Assembly: GCA_038207335.1 (NCBI GenBank)
Contig: JBBQZX010000009.1
Coordinates: 32,001-96,000 of the forward strand
DNA length: 64,000 nt
Direction of reading: 5' to 3'
Origin: Chthoniobacterales bacterium
GTDB taxonomy: Bacteria; Verrucomicrobiota; Verrucomicrobiia; Chthoniobacterales; Chthoniobacteraceae
Position numbers and translations under genes: made by a program. Positions 38,085 through 49,357 of the stretch are shown one piece after another (within the stretch, counting starts at the first letter, position 1; the number at the start of each line of letters is the position of its first letter). The notes beneath the pieces are model-generated. The model saw only the letters and a program-made list of their open reading frames with translations, was not told the origin of the DNA and made no database searches.

Positions 38085-40247
38085 TCAATCGCCGCCGAAG
38101 AACTTTTTGAACGAGCGAAAGACGCCGCCGGATGCGGGCTTGCGCGGGCGTTCTTCCTCCTCGGTGAGCGCGCCGCCGCGGTGAATGTGGCAGGGATCGC
38201 GCGGGATCACGGACGCGGGCAGGTCGATCGAATACGCCTTGCCCGCGCGTTCGCAGGCGGTCGTCGCGAATTCATTTGAAAGTGAGCAGACCTGCGTGCG
38301 CTGGAGCGGCCCGGGCGGTCGGAAATCCGCAGCGGGGTAGCGGTTAGCGGGTGCGGCATTCATGACATCGACCCAAATCGGTAGCGCGAGCGCAGCGCCG
38401 TACCCGTGCGGGATAATCGTCTGCGGGCGGTCGAGCCCGACCCACACCCCGCACGTCAGCGAAGTGGTGTAGCCCGCAAACCACGCATCGCGAAAATCAT
38501 TCGTCGTCCCCGTTTTCCCCGCCGCAGTTTTCTTGAATCCCAGCGCGCCCGCGGTCGCCGCCGTGCCGCGTTCGAACACCTTCTCCAGGGTCGAAGTCAC
38601 GAGCCAATTCACCCCCGGATCGATCGCCGGACGGCTCACATGCGCCGCGCGATACACGATCGCGCCATCCGACGTGTCGATCCGCTCGATGATGTAGCTC
38701 TGCCGCCGAATGCCGTTATTTGCGAACGTCGAATACGCCGACGTCAGCTCCGACACCGTGCTTTCGAACGCCCCCAAAAACGCCGCCGGCTGCCGCGTCA
38801 TCCCCAGAATCCCGACATCCTCCGCGACCTTCTCCACCGCCTCCAGCCCCGCGCGCTCGCCCACCCGCACGCTCATGGTATTGCGGGATAAAATCAGCCC
38901 GTCCTCTGCCGGGAGCACGCCCTTGTTCGTCCCGTCCGAGTTTCCCGGCGTCCAATTTCCCGCCCCCGTGATCTCGCCGCGCTCGATCGCCTCATCGCTG
39001 ATCGCCGCGCCCGGCAGCATCCCGCGCGCAAACGCCGCCGCATACACAAACGGCTTGAACGTCGAGCCGACCTGCCGTCCCGCCTGAGTCGCGCGATTAT
39101 ATTTGCTCTCGGAAAAATCTCGCCCGCCGACCACCGCGCGGATGCCGCCGGATTTGTTGTCGATCACCACCACCGCTCCTTGCAGATATGGCGTCTGTAG
39201 CTCGTCCTCCTTCGCCTGCTGCGAAAAATTCACGCGCTTCGGATGCGCGTATCCCGGCCGCGACTCGACTTTTCGGAGCTGCACGTCGATCGACTTTTCC
39301 GCCGCCTGCTGGAGCGTTGGATCGATCGTCGTGTAAATCTTCAGCCCACCGTCATCGCGCTGCGCATCCGAGAGCAGCAGGTCGAGTTCGCGCCGCACCG
39401 TGTCCATCGCATAATTTTCCTGCGCCGACAGGACGCGCTTTTTCGCCACGATGAGCCGGTCATCCTTCTGCTCCGCAGCCACGGCGGTCGAGATTTTCCC
39501 CTCTTTCGCGAGCCGGTCGAGCACGGTGTCGCGCTCGCGTTTCGCGCCTTTGGGATTTGTGAAAGGCGAGAATCTTCCGGGGCTCCGAATGATCCCAGCG
39601 ATCGTTGCGCCCTCGCCGATCGAGAGCTGGCTGGCGTGCTTGTTGAAATACGAAAGGCTCGCCGCCTCGATGCCATAAACGCCAGCGCCGAAGTAAATTC
39701 GGTTCACGTAAAACTCGAGAATTTCATCCTTTTTAAACCGCTGCTCGATCCGCACCGCGATGAATGCCTCGAGCAATTTGCGGTGAATGTTTTTGCGATT
39801 TCCCACGCGCTCCTCGGGGTAGCTGTTTCGCGCGAGCTGCTGCGTGATCGTGCTCGCGCCCTGTGCCGCGGAGCCGCGCGTGAGATTTCGCACGATCGCG
39901 CGCGCGACGCCGATGGGATCGACGCCGTGGTGCGAGTAAAAGCGCGAGTCCTCGCGTACGAGCAGCGCGTCGAGAAAATTGCGCGACACCTCCGAGAGCG
40001 GCACCACGATGCGATTTTCGCCCTGGAGCCGACTGTAGAGTTTGCCGTCCATGTCATAGACGATCGAGCGCTGCGGCATCTCCTTCACCGCCTCCATGTC
40101 GAAGGTGGACGACCAGATGCCATAGATGACGCAGACCACCGTGCCGACCACGAGGCACAGCAGGGCGAGCCAAAACAGGAGCCACCGAAAGAAGCGGCGC
40201 GGCGGCTTTTTCGGGGCGTTTTTTTTGCGGGAGGAAGAGCGGGCCAA
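38085..40247 (-). CDS. Class A penicillin-binding protein (PBP1A family)
   Basis: [35 protein letters not shown]. Confidence 0.93.
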   Translation of the reverse strand: MARSSSRKKNAPKKPPRRFFRWLLFWLALLCLVVGTVVCVIYGIWSSTFDMEAVKEMPQRSIVYDMDGKLYSRLQGENRIVVPLSEVSRNFLDALLVREDSRFYSHHGVDPIGVARAIVRNLTRGSAAQGASTITQQLARNSYPEERVGNRKNIHRKLLEAFIAVRIEQRFKKDEILEFYVNRIYFGAGVYGIEAASLSYFNKHASQLSIGEGATIAGIIRSPGRFSPFTNPKGAKRERDTVLDRLAKEGKISTAVAAEQKDDRLIVAKKRVLSAQENYAMDTVRRELDLLLSDAQRDDGGLKIYTTIDPTLQQAAEKSIDVQLRKVESRPGYAHPKRVNFSQQAKEDELQTPYLQGAVVVIDNKSGGIRAVVGGRDFSESKYNRATQAGRQVGSTFKPFVYAAAFARGMLPGAAISDEAIERGEITGAGNWTPGNSDGTNKGVLPAEDGLILSRNTMSVRVGERAGLEAVEKVAEDVGILGMTRQPAAFLGAFESTVSELTSAYSTFANNGIRRQSYIIERIDTSDGAIVYRAAHVSRPAIDPGVNWLVTSTLEKVFERGTAATAGALGFKKTAAGKTGTTNDFRDAWFAGYTTSLTCGVWVGLDRPQTIIPHGYGAALALPIWVDVMNAAPANRYPAADFRPPGPLQRTQVCSLSNEFATTACERAGKAYSIDLPASVIPRDPCHIHRGGALTEEEERPRKPASGGVFRSFKKFFGGD

Positions 40248-40290
40248 GTGGGTGGGATGATCGTCAGTCGATGCCGTGCGGGCATTTCAG

Positions 40291-40385
<95 letters not shown>

Positions 40386-40399
40386 GTTCTCCCAAATCC

Positions 40400-41065
40400 G
40401 TGCGAATCGACATTCTCTCCCTTTTCCCGCAAATCCCCTCCGCCGCTCTCGCCGAGAGCATCATCAAGCGCGCGCAGGAAAAGCAGCTCGTCGAAATCCA
40501 CTCACACAATCTCCGCGACTGGACGCGCGACAAACACCGCACCACCGACGACACGCCGTACGGCGGCGGGCAGGGGATGGTGCTGAAATGCGAGCCGATC
40601 TTCGCCGCTGTCGAAGAGCTGCGCCGCCCGGATTCACGCGTCATTCTCATGTCGCCCGCGGGCCGTGTTTTTGTCCAGCGCATCGCAGCGGAGTTCGCGC
40701 TCGCGACGCATCTTATCTTGCTTTGCGGGCATTACGAAGGGATCGACCAGCGCGTGATCGACCAGCTCGTCGATGACGAAATTTCAATCGGCGACTACGT
40801 CCTCACGAACGGCGCCATCGCCGCCGTGATCGTGATCGATGCGCTCGTCCGCCTCATCCCCGGCGTCCTCGGCGACGACCAATCCGCGTTCGACGACAGC
40901 CACTCAAACGGCCTCCTGGAATTCCCGCAGTACACACGCCCCGTCGAATTCCGCGGCGCGCGAGTCCCGGACATTTTGCTCAGCGGAAACCACGCCGCCA
41001 TCGCCGCCTGGCGCCGCGAACGCGCCATTGAAAAAACCCGCCAAGTCCGCCCCGACCTCTTCTAG
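40400..41065 (+). CDS. trmD: tRNA (guanine-N1)-methyltransferase
   Basis: [37 protein letters not shown] 40400. Confidence 0.96.
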   Translation: MRIDILSLFPQIPSAALAESIIKRAQEKQLVEIHSHNLRDWTRDKHRTTDDTPYGGGQGMVLKCEPIFAAVEELRRPDSRVILMSPAGRVFVQRIAAEFALATHLILLCGHYEGIDQRVIDQLVDDEISIGDYVLTNGAIAAVIVIDALVRLIPGVLGDDQSAFDDSHSNGLLEFPQYTRPVEFRGARVPDILLSGNHAAIAAWRRERAIEKTRQVRPDLF

Positions 41066-41085
41066 CTGGGACTCGCCGATCCCGC

Positions 41086-41922
41086 CTACAGCTTCGCCGC
41101 CGAAAGCCCGCTCGCCATCGCCACGCGCGTCGCCTCGGCGCGTGCGTTTTGCACGAACGTATTATTTTCGCCCAGCTTCGCCCACGGACCCGTCGGCACC
41201 TCGTCGAATTCCACGAATTTCCAATCAGTTACATCCGTGTCCGCCATGCCGAGGAAGTCGCGCACCGCAGGCGAGACATCGAGCCCGGCACCGTGATTGA
41301 GATTCACCTTGGGCCGCTCATTTCCAAAAACATACTGCCAGTGATCGGTGCGAAACGGCCCCGCATCTTCCCACTGCGCGTAGCACACGCGATCCTTGAA
41401 TCGAATCGCGAGCCAGCGCCCCTTGCACACCGTTTTTGTCGGCCCCTTGAACGCTGCGTTGAACCACGGAATGACCTTCGACGCCTCCGGCTTGTGTCCG
41501 TTTTTCGTGAGGTCGTTGTAAGGCAGCGCGACGTAGAACGGATTCTGTCCCGGGGTGAATGCGGCCGGGATGAAATTCACACGCTTCGCCGGATTCGGAT
41601 CGTCCGTGCCGCCGTAATTCTTCGCCCAATTCGCATCCCACGCGCTGATATGATTCGGCACTGGGTTGTTCTTCGTCGGCTTTTCACCGATCCAAAAGGT
41701 CGTCGTCACGATCGCATTTTTCCATGGATACCGGTCCGCTCCCTGCGCCGGCGGGTCGGCGATCCCGACAGACGCGGGCGTTTTTAAATCCGGTCGCGCG
41801 AGCACGGACTCGCGCAGTTTCTTGGAATAGCTCATCTCCGCGGCTTTCGCGGCACCCGTGGGAACGAGTGAGGCGAGGGATGAGGCGACAATGGCGGAGG
41901 ATCGGAGGATGCGCTTTCTCAT
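41086..41922 (-). CDS. Exported protein with probable double-psi beta-barrel (RlpA/expansin-like) domain
   Basis: TTTFWIGE, NPFYVALPYND, CYAQWEDAGPF, GLDVSPAV. Confidence 0.6.
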   Translation of the reverse strand: MRKRILRSSAIVASSLASLVPTGAAKAAEMSYSKKLRESVLARPDLKTPASVGIADPPAQGADRYPWKNAIVTTTFWIGEKPTKNNPVPNHISAWDANWAKNYGGTDDPNPAKRVNFIPAAFTPGQNPFYVALPYNDLTKNGHKPEASKVIPWFNAAFKGPTKTVCKGRWLAIRFKDRVCYAQWEDAGPFRTDHWQYVFGNERPKVNLNHGAGLDVSPAVRDFLGMADTDVTDWKFVEFDEVPTGPWAKLGENNTFVQNARAEATRVAMASGLSAAKL

Positions 41923-42093
41923 AATGGATGGAGGTTGTGGCGTGAAGATCGCGCCGCGCGGTTCTGGGGTTGCCGCTACTGAATCGGATCGTAGGCCTCG
42001 ATCCGGCGGTGTCAAAGCACCGAATTTGCGGAACGCGCGATCTTGGAAACGCAGTTGAAACAGCGCGCCGAACTCCGATAGCATCCGCGCCCC

Positions 42094-43230
42094 ATGAAGA
42101 AAGCCGCTCTCTTTGCCACCGCCATTTTCCTCGCCGCACTCACGGGATGTAAGAGGAACGACTCCGGCGCGGCAGCGGATAAAGTCGTAATCGGCGAGTT
42201 CGCATCGCTCACCGGCGCGACTGCGAGCTTCGGCCAGTCGTCGCACAAAGGGACGCAGATGGCGATCGACGAACTGAACGCGGGCGACGGCCTGCTCGGG
42301 AAAAAGGTGGGACTAGTGACCGAAGACGATCAGTCCAAAGCCGGCGAGGCGGCGACTGTCGTGCGCAAGATGATTTCACGGGACAAGGTGATCGCGGTGC
42401 TCGGCGAAGTCGCGTCGTCCCGCTCGCTCGAGGCCGCGCCGATTTGCCAGCAGAGCAAAGTCCCGATGATCTCGCCGTCCTCGACGAATCCGAAAGTCAC
42501 TGAGGTCGGTGACTACATTTCGCGCATCTGCTTCATCGATCCATTTCAAGGCACCGTGCTCGCGAAATTCGCACTTTCAAAAGGCTGGAAAAAAGCCGCG
42601 GTGCTGACCGATGTGAAGCAGGACTACAGCGTCGGGCTTTCGCAATATTTCAAAGAATACTTCTCGAAAAACGGCGGCACGATCGTGATCGAGCAGAACT
42701 ACTCGACCGACGACACGGACTTCAACGCGCAGCTCACCTCGATCAAGGCGGCTGCGCCCGACGTGATCCTCGCGAGCGGCTACTACACGGAGGCCGGGCT
42801 CATCGCGAAACAGGCGAGACAAATCGGGCTGAGCGTCCCGATGCTCGGCGGCGACGGCTGGGATTCGCCGTCTCTCGTCCAAGTCGCGGGCGCGGCGATG
42901 GAGGGCAATTTTTTCTCGAACCACTTCTCAGCTGAAGACCAGACGCCGCTGATTCAGGATTTCATCAAACGCTACAAGGCCAAATACAATGAGGAGCCCG
43001 ACGCGATGGCCGCGCTCGGCTACGACTCCGCGATGATTCTCGCGGATGCGATCAAGCGCGCGGGCACGACGGACTCCGAGAAGCTGCGCGACGCCGTAGC
43101 GTCGACGAAGGAGTACAATGGCATCACAGGCAAGATCACGCTCGACGACAAGCGCAACGCGAACAAACCGGCGGTGATTTTGACGATCAAAGACGGGAAG
43201 TTCAAATACGTGGAGACCGTGGCGCCGTAA
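42094..43230 (+). CDS. livK: Branched-chain amino acid ABC transporter substrate-binding lipoprotein
   Basis: Lipobox LTGC; Peripla_BP_6 motifs. Confidence 0.9.
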   Translation: MKKAALFATAIFLAALTGCKRNDSGAAADKVVIGEFASLTGATASFGQSSHKGTQMAIDELNAGDGLLGKKVGLVTEDDQSKAGEAATVVRKMISRDKVIAVLGEVASSRSLEAAPICQQSKVPMISPSSTNPKVTEVGDYISRICFIDPFQGTVLAKFALSKGWKKAAVLTDVKQDYSVGLSQYFKEYFSKNGGTIVIEQNYSTDDTDFNAQLTSIKAAAPDVILASGYYTEAGLIAKQARQIGLSVPMLGGDGWDSPSLVQVAGAAMEGNFFSNHFSAEDQTPLIQDFIKRYKAKYNEEPDAMAALGYDSAMILADAIKRAGTTDSEKLRDAVASTKEYNGITGKITLDDKRNANKPAVILTIKDGKFKYVETVAP

Positions 43231-43233
43231 GGC

Positions 43234-44166
43234 ATGGACGACTGGGGCCGGTTTCTCCAGCAGCTCGTCAACGGGCTCTCGCAAGGGTCGATCTACGCTC
43301 TCATCGCGCTCGGCTACACGATGGTTTATGGCGTGCTGCGATTCATCAATTTCGCGCACGGCGATGTTTTCATGGTCGGCGCATACGCCGGGCTATTCCT
43401 CCATCGATGGCTCGTGCCGCTGCTCGGAGTGGTGCCCGGTTTCGGCGGCGCGCTGCTCATCCTCGCGGGCTCGATGGCCATCTGCGCCGCGCTCGGCATC
43501 GTCATCGAATGGCTCGCGTATCGCCCGCTGCGCACACGTCCACGGCTGATCGTGCTCATCACGGCGATCGGTGTTTCGCTGCTGCTCGAGTATTCCGCAC
43601 AGCTCATTTTTGGCCCGAATCGCCAGCCATTTCCTGACCTCGTCGAGACACGGCTCGTCGGAGGCTTCGGCGGTTTGCTCGTGAAAAATACGCAGCTCAT
43701 CGTGCTCGCAGTCACGCTACTTCTGCTCGGTGCGCTGAGTTTCATCGTGCTGAGAACGCGTCTCGGAATGGCCATGCGAGCGCTCTCGTTCAACCCCACC
43801 GCAGCTGCGCTGATGGGCGTGAATACCGACGTCGTCATCTCGTTCACCTTCGGCCTCGGCTCTGCTCTCGCTGCGGCGGGCGGCATTTTTTCGTCCATGC
43901 TTTATCCGCAGGTGCAACCGTTCATGGGAGTGACCGTCGGCCTCAAAGCCTTTGTGGCAGCCGTTCTCGGAGGCATCGGCAATATTCCCGGTGCCGCGCT
44001 CGGCGGCCTCATCATCGGCGTCGTCGAGACGATGGTCGTCGCCTACAGCGAGAAAATCGGCATCTCCTCCGGCTACCGCGACGCCGTCGCATTCGTTATC
44101 CTCATCCTTATCCTGCTCGTGAAACCGTCCGGCCTCCTCGGAAAAACGGAACGCGAGAAGGTCTGA
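43234..44166 (+). CDS. livH: BCAA ABC transporter permease
   Basis: YALIALGYTMVYG.LRFINFAHG, KAFVAAVLGGIG. Confidence 0.92.
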   Translation: MDDWGRFLQQLVNGLSQGSIYALIALGYTMVYGVLRFINFAHGDVFMVGAYAGLFLHRWLVPLLGVVPGFGGALLILAGSMAICAALGIVIEWLAYRPLRTRPRLIVLITAIGVSLLLEYSAQLIFGPNRQPFPDLVETRLVGGFGGLLVKNTQLIVLAVTLLLLGALSFIVLRTRLGMAMRALSFNPTAAALMGVNTDVVISFTFGLGSALAAAGGIFSSMLYPQVQPFMGVTVGLKAFVAAVLGGIGNIPGAALGGLIIGVVETMVVAYSEKIGISSGYRDAVAFVILILILLVKPSGLLGKTEREKV

Positions 44167-44178
44167 GTTTTTGCCGCG

Positions 44179-45141
44179 ATGCGCTGGTCTCATCTGCTCC
44201 TCATTTGCGCGCTCGTTGCCGCCGCCGTGGCGTCGGTTTTTTCGTCCCGAATCGATGACTACGTGGTGAATGTCGCGGTCCTCTGCGGCATCAACATGAT
44301 TCTCGCGACGAGCTTGAACCTCGTGAACGGTCACACCGGACAATTCTCGCTCGGGCACGCCGGATTCATGGCTGTCGGCGCGTATGGATCGAGCGCCGTT
44401 TCACTCTTCGCGAGCCCCTGGTTGCTCGCGAAAATGGGCGGCGTCGGATTCGCCGCTAACCAAACGCTCTTCCTCATCGCGCTCCTGGCGGGTGGTATCG
44501 CAGCGGCTACCGCGGGCTTCATCGTCGGCGTTCCGTCGCTGCGTTTGCGCGGCGACTATCTCGCGATCGTCACGCTCGGCTTCGGTGAAATCATCCGCGT
44601 CATCGTGCAAAATACCGACGCCATCGGCGGCCCGCGCGGGCTCAATCAAATCCCCGGATTCACGAATGTTTTTTGGACGTTCGGTCTTGCCGCGGTCACC
44701 GTCTATGTGGTCTCCAGCCTCGTCGATTCGACGTACGGCCGCGGTTTTCTCGCCGTGCGGGACGACGAAATCGCGGCAGAGGCGATGGGCATCAACACGA
44801 CCAAATACAAAGTCCTCGCGTTCGTGCTCGGCGCGTTTTTCGCCGGCATCGCGGGCGCGCTTTACGCCCACTACATCACCTATATCACGCCCGAGGGTTT
44901 CAATTTCATGAAGTCCGTCGATGTCGTCGTGATGGTCATTCTCGGCGGCATGGGCAACGTCGTCGGCGTGCTTCTCGCGGCGGTCGTGCTCACCGTGCTC
45001 AACGAATTTCTGCGCTCGTTCGAACAGTATCGGATGATCGTTTTCGCGCTGCTGCTGATCCTCATGATGATCCTCCGTCCGCAGGGTCTGCTCGGCGGCT
45101 TGCGCTGGCCGTTCAAAGGCAAAGTCGCGAAGAAAAAATGA
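44179..45141 (+). CDS. livM: BCAA ABC transporter permease
   Basis: GQFSLGHAGF, LRLRGDYLAIVTLGFGEI. Confidence 0.92.
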   Translation: MRWSHLLLICALVAAAVASVFSSRIDDYVVNVAVLCGINMILATSLNLVNGHTGQFSLGHAGFMAVGAYGSSAVSLFASPWLLAKMGGVGFAANQTLFLIALLAGGIAAATAGFIVGVPSLRLRGDYLAIVTLGFGEIIRVIVQNTDAIGGPRGLNQIPGFTNVFWTFGLAAVTVYVVSSLVDSTYGRGFLAVRDDEIAAEAMGINTTKYKVLAFVLGAFFAGIAGALYAHYITYITPEGFNFMKSVDVVVMVILGGMGNVVGVLLAAVVLTVLNEFLRSFEQYRMIVFALLLILMMILRPQGLLGGLRWPFKGKVAKKK

Positions 45142-45912
45142 ACCGCCGCCTGCTAACGCTCGACGACGTTTCGATTCAATTCGGCGGCCTCAAAGCAGTC
45201 AGCGCGCTGAGCTTTCACATCGACGATGGCGAGCTTGTCGGCCTTATCGGACCGAATGGCGCGGGCAAGACCACCGTGTTCAATTTGATCACCGGCGTCT
45301 ATGCGCCGACCGGCGGGCGCATCGACTTCGCGGGCCGCTCCGTGCATGGCCAGCGACCGTATAAAATCACGTCGCACGGCATCGCGCGCACGTTTCAAAA
45401 CATCCGCCTCTTCGGCTCGATGAACGTCTTCGACAACGTCCGCTGCGCCTTCAATTTGTCGCTTAAACAAGGCATCGGTGCGGCGCTGCTGCGCGGCTCC
45501 ACATTTGAATGCGAGGAGCGCGAAATTGAAGCGCGCGCGCTCGAGTTGCTGGAAATTTTCGGCCTTGCTGGCGAACGGGACACCGATTGCCGCAGCCTGC
45601 CATACGGCGACCAGAGGCGGCTGGAAATCGTCCGCGCATTGGCCACAAAACCAAAGCTGCTGCTGCTCGACGAACCCGCCGCCGGGATGAATCCCACTGA
45701 GAAAATCGAGCTGATGAGGCTCATCCGTTTCACGCAGGAAAAATTTCAGCTCGCAGTGCTGCTAGTGGAGCACGACATGAAAGTCGTCATGGGCATTTGC
45801 GAGCGGATCGCGGTGCTCGATTACGGCGTGAAAATCGCGGAGGGGACGCCCGCCGAGATTCGTGGAAATCCGAAAGTCATCGCTGCGTATTTAGGACAGG
45901 AGGCCGCCGCCG

Positions 45913-45920
<8 letters not shown>
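45138..45920 (+). CDS. livG: BCAA ABC transporter ATPase
   Basis: GPNGAGKTT, RTFQNIRLF, LPYGDQRRLEI, DEPAAGMN. Confidence 0.93.
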
Positions 45921-46623
<703 letters not shown>

Positions 46624-46712
46624 TCGTGGGCCGTCATCATCCGGTCGGTTTCAACGATTTTGCCAGCGGCGAGCTTGCCATCGCGCAGCGCTGTGCCGTA
46701 TCACTCACCTCA

Positions 46713-47084
46713 ATGAAAACCTTGCTCCCCGCCCTCGTTCTCGCCGCGCTTCTCTCACTCAGTGGCGGTGCGTGCGCCTACGATTCTGACGGCCCGATTG
46801 TGGTGCCAAGGTCGGCGTCGCTCATTCCGCGCAGCGAGAAGCCGCAGTTTTACCAGCCGACACAGCGTTACTGGGGCCGGGATTACGTGGTTTATTACCA
46901 TTTTGTTCCTGTGGAGGCTCACTCGCGCTTCACTCCGGTTTTCGGATCGAGAGAGCTTCAAATCACCTCCGAACAATTTACCGGTGCGGGTCCTGCGGGT
47001 CCGCGGCTGATCGTTTACACGAAGCCAAGATACAATCGGACGACGACCACCACGACCACGACCACGACCGGCTACGAGAAATAA
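46713..47084 (+). CDS. Small exported hypothetical protein with C-terminal poly-Thr
   Basis: MKTLLPALVLAALL signal peptide; T9 tail. Confidence 0.55.
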   Translation: MKTLLPALVLAALLSLSGGACAYDSDGPIVVPRSASLIPRSEKPQFYQPTQRYWGRDYVVYYHFVPVEAHSRFTPVFGSRELQITSEQFTGAGPAGPRLIVYTKPRYNRTTTTTTTTTTGYEK

Positions 47085-47113
47085 CTCGTCCGTTGGGCGA
47101 AAAAGTCCTTGGC

Positions 47114-47152
47114 AGCGCGACGCGCCCGTGGCAGCGTCGCGCTCCTTTTTTT
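47114..47152 (+). terminator. Hairpin + U-tract immediately upstream of rplU
   Basis: agcgcgacgc/gcgtcgcgct stem followed by ccttttttt. Confidence 0.5.
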
Positions 47153-47167
47153 AGGACACCTCTTTTT

Positions 47168-47479
47168 ATGGCATACGCAATTTTCAAAACTGGCGGAAAA
47201 CAATACCGCGTCTCGGCAGGCGACATCCTCGACATCGAGAAGGTCGAAGGCGAAGCAGGAGCGGAGGCGAAATTCGCCGAAGTGCTCCTCGTCGCGGATG
47301 GCGGCAAACTGAAATCGGGAGACGCGCTGAGCGGCGTCTCCGTCGTCGCAGAAGTCGTCGCACAGATCAAGGCGCCGAAAGTCATCGCTTTCAAATACCG
47401 CCGCCGCAAAGGCTACCACCGCACCGTCGGACATCGGCAAAAGCTCACTAAAATCAAGATCACGAGCATCCCTGCCTAA
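47168..47479 (+). CDS. rplU: 50S ribosomal protein L21
   Basis: MAYAIFKTGGKQYRV...KYRRRKGY.RT.GHRQ. Confidence 0.97.
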   Translation: MAYAIFKTGGKQYRVSAGDILDIEKVEGEAGAEAKFAEVLLVADGGKLKSGDALSGVSVVAEVVAQIKAPKVIAFKYRRRKGYHRTVGHRQKLTKIKITSIPA

Positions 47480-47512
47480 GTCCGTTTTCAACACCACTTT
47501 TTTCTCAATCTC

Positions 47513-47776
47513 ATGGCACACAAAAAAGGTCAAGGCAGCGTCAAGAATGGGCGCGACAGCGTCAGCAAACGGCTCGGCGTCAAGAAATTCGGCAGCCAGT
47601 CGGTGATCGCCGGCAACATCATCGTCCGTCAGCGCGGCACGAAATTCCTGCCGGGTAAAAACGTCGGCCTCGGCAACGACTACACCATTTGGTCGCTGAT
47701 CGATGGCACCGTCCGCTTCGACCGCGAAGGCCGCCGGGTGAACGTCGATCCGATCGCAACCGCGTCCGCGAACTAA
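47513..47776 (+). CDS. rpmA: 50S ribosomal protein L27
   Basis: [23 protein letters not shown]. Confidence 0.97.
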   Translation: MAHKKGQGSVKNGRDSVSKRLGVKKFGSQSVIAGNIIVRQRGTKFLPGKNVGLGNDYTIWSLIDGTVRFDREGRRVNVDPIATASAN

Positions 47777-47797
47777 ATTCGAGCAGACAAGTTTCCG

Positions 47798-47833
47798 AGC
47801 GCTCCAGTCCTCACGGGCTGGAGCGCTTTTTTT
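47798..47833 (+). terminator. Rho-independent terminator after rpmA
   Basis: agcgctccagtcc-tcac-gggctggagcgc-ttttttt. Confidence 0.85.
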
Positions 47834-47965
47834 ACGGCATCTTGGATCCAGCCTTCAACTTCGCGTTCCGCCTCCAAAAGCGAGACGAGTTCCCGCGTGA
47901 AAACGCCACGCACGATTTCGGCTCTTCGCGGATTGCGGACGGAATCCAGAAGTTGACACTGGATC

Positions 47966-48847
47966 ATGCCGACAACCCGTATCCTCGAACTGTCTTCCGG
48001 GCTCCGGCTTGCGATCGATGAGGACGGCGATCTGGGCGGCACGCCGGTCTTTTTCTTTCACGGCTGGCCGTCCTCTCGCCTGCAGGGCGCGGGGTTTGGG
48101 CCGGCGGCGCGCGAACTCGGCGTGAGGCTCATCTCACCTGATCGACCGGGCATCGGCCTGTCGTCGTATCAACCGGGGCGGCGGTTGCTCGACTGGCCGC
48201 CGCTCGTTCGAGAAACGGCGGAGCAGCTCGGCATTCCGCGCTTTCGCGTGTTGGCGATTTCCGGTGGAGGGCCCTACGGGGTGGCTACGGCGTTCGCGTT
48301 GCCGGATTTGGTCGAGACGGTTTCGATCGTCTCCGGCGCGCCGCCGCTCGGCCCGGACGTCGATCCTCAGGCCGTGTTGCCGATTTATCGCTGGCTGCTT
48401 GCCGTGCATCGGCGGCGACCCGGCGCGGTGCGCGCATTTTTTGCAATGGCGCGGCCTTTCGCCACCATCCGCCCGCCGCGTTGGATGTGGCCACTGTTGC
48501 TGCGGTTCGTGCCCGCAGCGGATCGCGAGGCGCTGCGCGATCCGGCAGTGTTCGATGGATCGTTCGGATGCTACCGCGAAGCGTGGCGCGGCAGCGCGCG
48601 CGGCGTTGCCTCGGATGCGGAGGTTTACGCCGCCGACTGGGGTTTTGAACCCGAGGAGGTGCGCGTCCCCGTCCGGCTCTGGCATGGAAAACACGACCGC
48701 AATTTCTCCTGGCGGCTTGCCGAGGCCCTCGCGCGCCGGTTGCCCGACTGCCGCACGCGTTTCATCGAAAATGCCGGCCACTACTCGGTCGCGGTCTCGC
48801 ATACGCGCGCGATCCTCGAAGAGCTGATCTCGCCAAATCCGATTTGA
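47966..48847 (+). CDS. Alpha/beta hydrolase
   Basis: FFHGWPSSR, DRPGIGLS, ISGGGPY nucleophile, AGH. Confidence 0.88.
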   Translation: MPTTRILELSSGLRLAIDEDGDLGGTPVFFFHGWPSSRLQGAGFGPAARELGVRLISPDRPGIGLSSYQPGRRLLDWPPLVRETAEQLGIPRFRVLAISGGGPYGVATAFALPDLVETVSIVSGAPPLGPDVDPQAVLPIYRWLLAVHRRRPGAVRAFFAMARPFATIRPPRWMWPLLLRFVPAADREALRDPAVFDGSFGCYREAWRGSARGVASDAEVYAADWGFEPEEVRVPVRLWHGKHDRNFSWRLAEALARRLPDCRTRFIENAGHYSVAVSHTRAILEELISPNPI

Positions 48848-48925
48848 GAGCGTGATAACGGATTCGCCGCATCCGTGCACGATTCGGTGAGCGCATCCTG
48901 ACGACCTCCTCGCTCCTCGGGATGC

Positions 48926-49333
48926 AGCCCACGGTTGCCCGCAGCGGGCTACCCTGGGAAAGCGCCCGCGCCGTGGGGATGGGCAATCCCGGCCTACGGC
49001 ACCAGCACCGCGGCGCTCTAAGGGCCCGTCCCCGCCGTGTTGAACGCCGCCACATGCAGTTCCGTCCCCGGCGGGATCGATAGCTCCGCGTGCGGCTCCG
49101 TCACCGTCGCCAGCAGCGTGTGCTCCGGCCCTTCCGAACCGTTGAAAACCTTGTAACCCGTCGCCCCCGTCACCGGCGACCATGTCACATTCGCGATGCC
49201 GCCCTGCAAGGGTTGCATCTCTCCCGCGATCCAACCCTTTCCGGGTCGCCACCTCTCCTCCCGCCCCATCCCAAGCTAGGCGCTCCTTGCGTCGCCCCAA
49301 CCCTGGGCTGACCGATCCAACGCCTTCATCGTT
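48926..49333. repeat. Composite REP-like palindromic element (AGCCCA.GGTTG...CAACCCTGGGCT) interrupted by a coding fragment
   Basis: Left arm agcccacggttgcccgcagcgggctaccctggg; right arm cccaagctagg...caaccctgggct...aacgccttcatcgtt; internal ccctgcaagggttg / caaccctttccgggt. Confidence 0.6.
48994..49200 (-). pseudogene. FN3-like domain fragment with premature TAG
   Basis: NVTWSPVTGATGYKVF...LHVAAFNTAGTGP*SAAVLVP*. Confidence 0.55.
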
Positions 49334-49357
49334 CCCCCGCGCCATCCCTCCCTCCCC

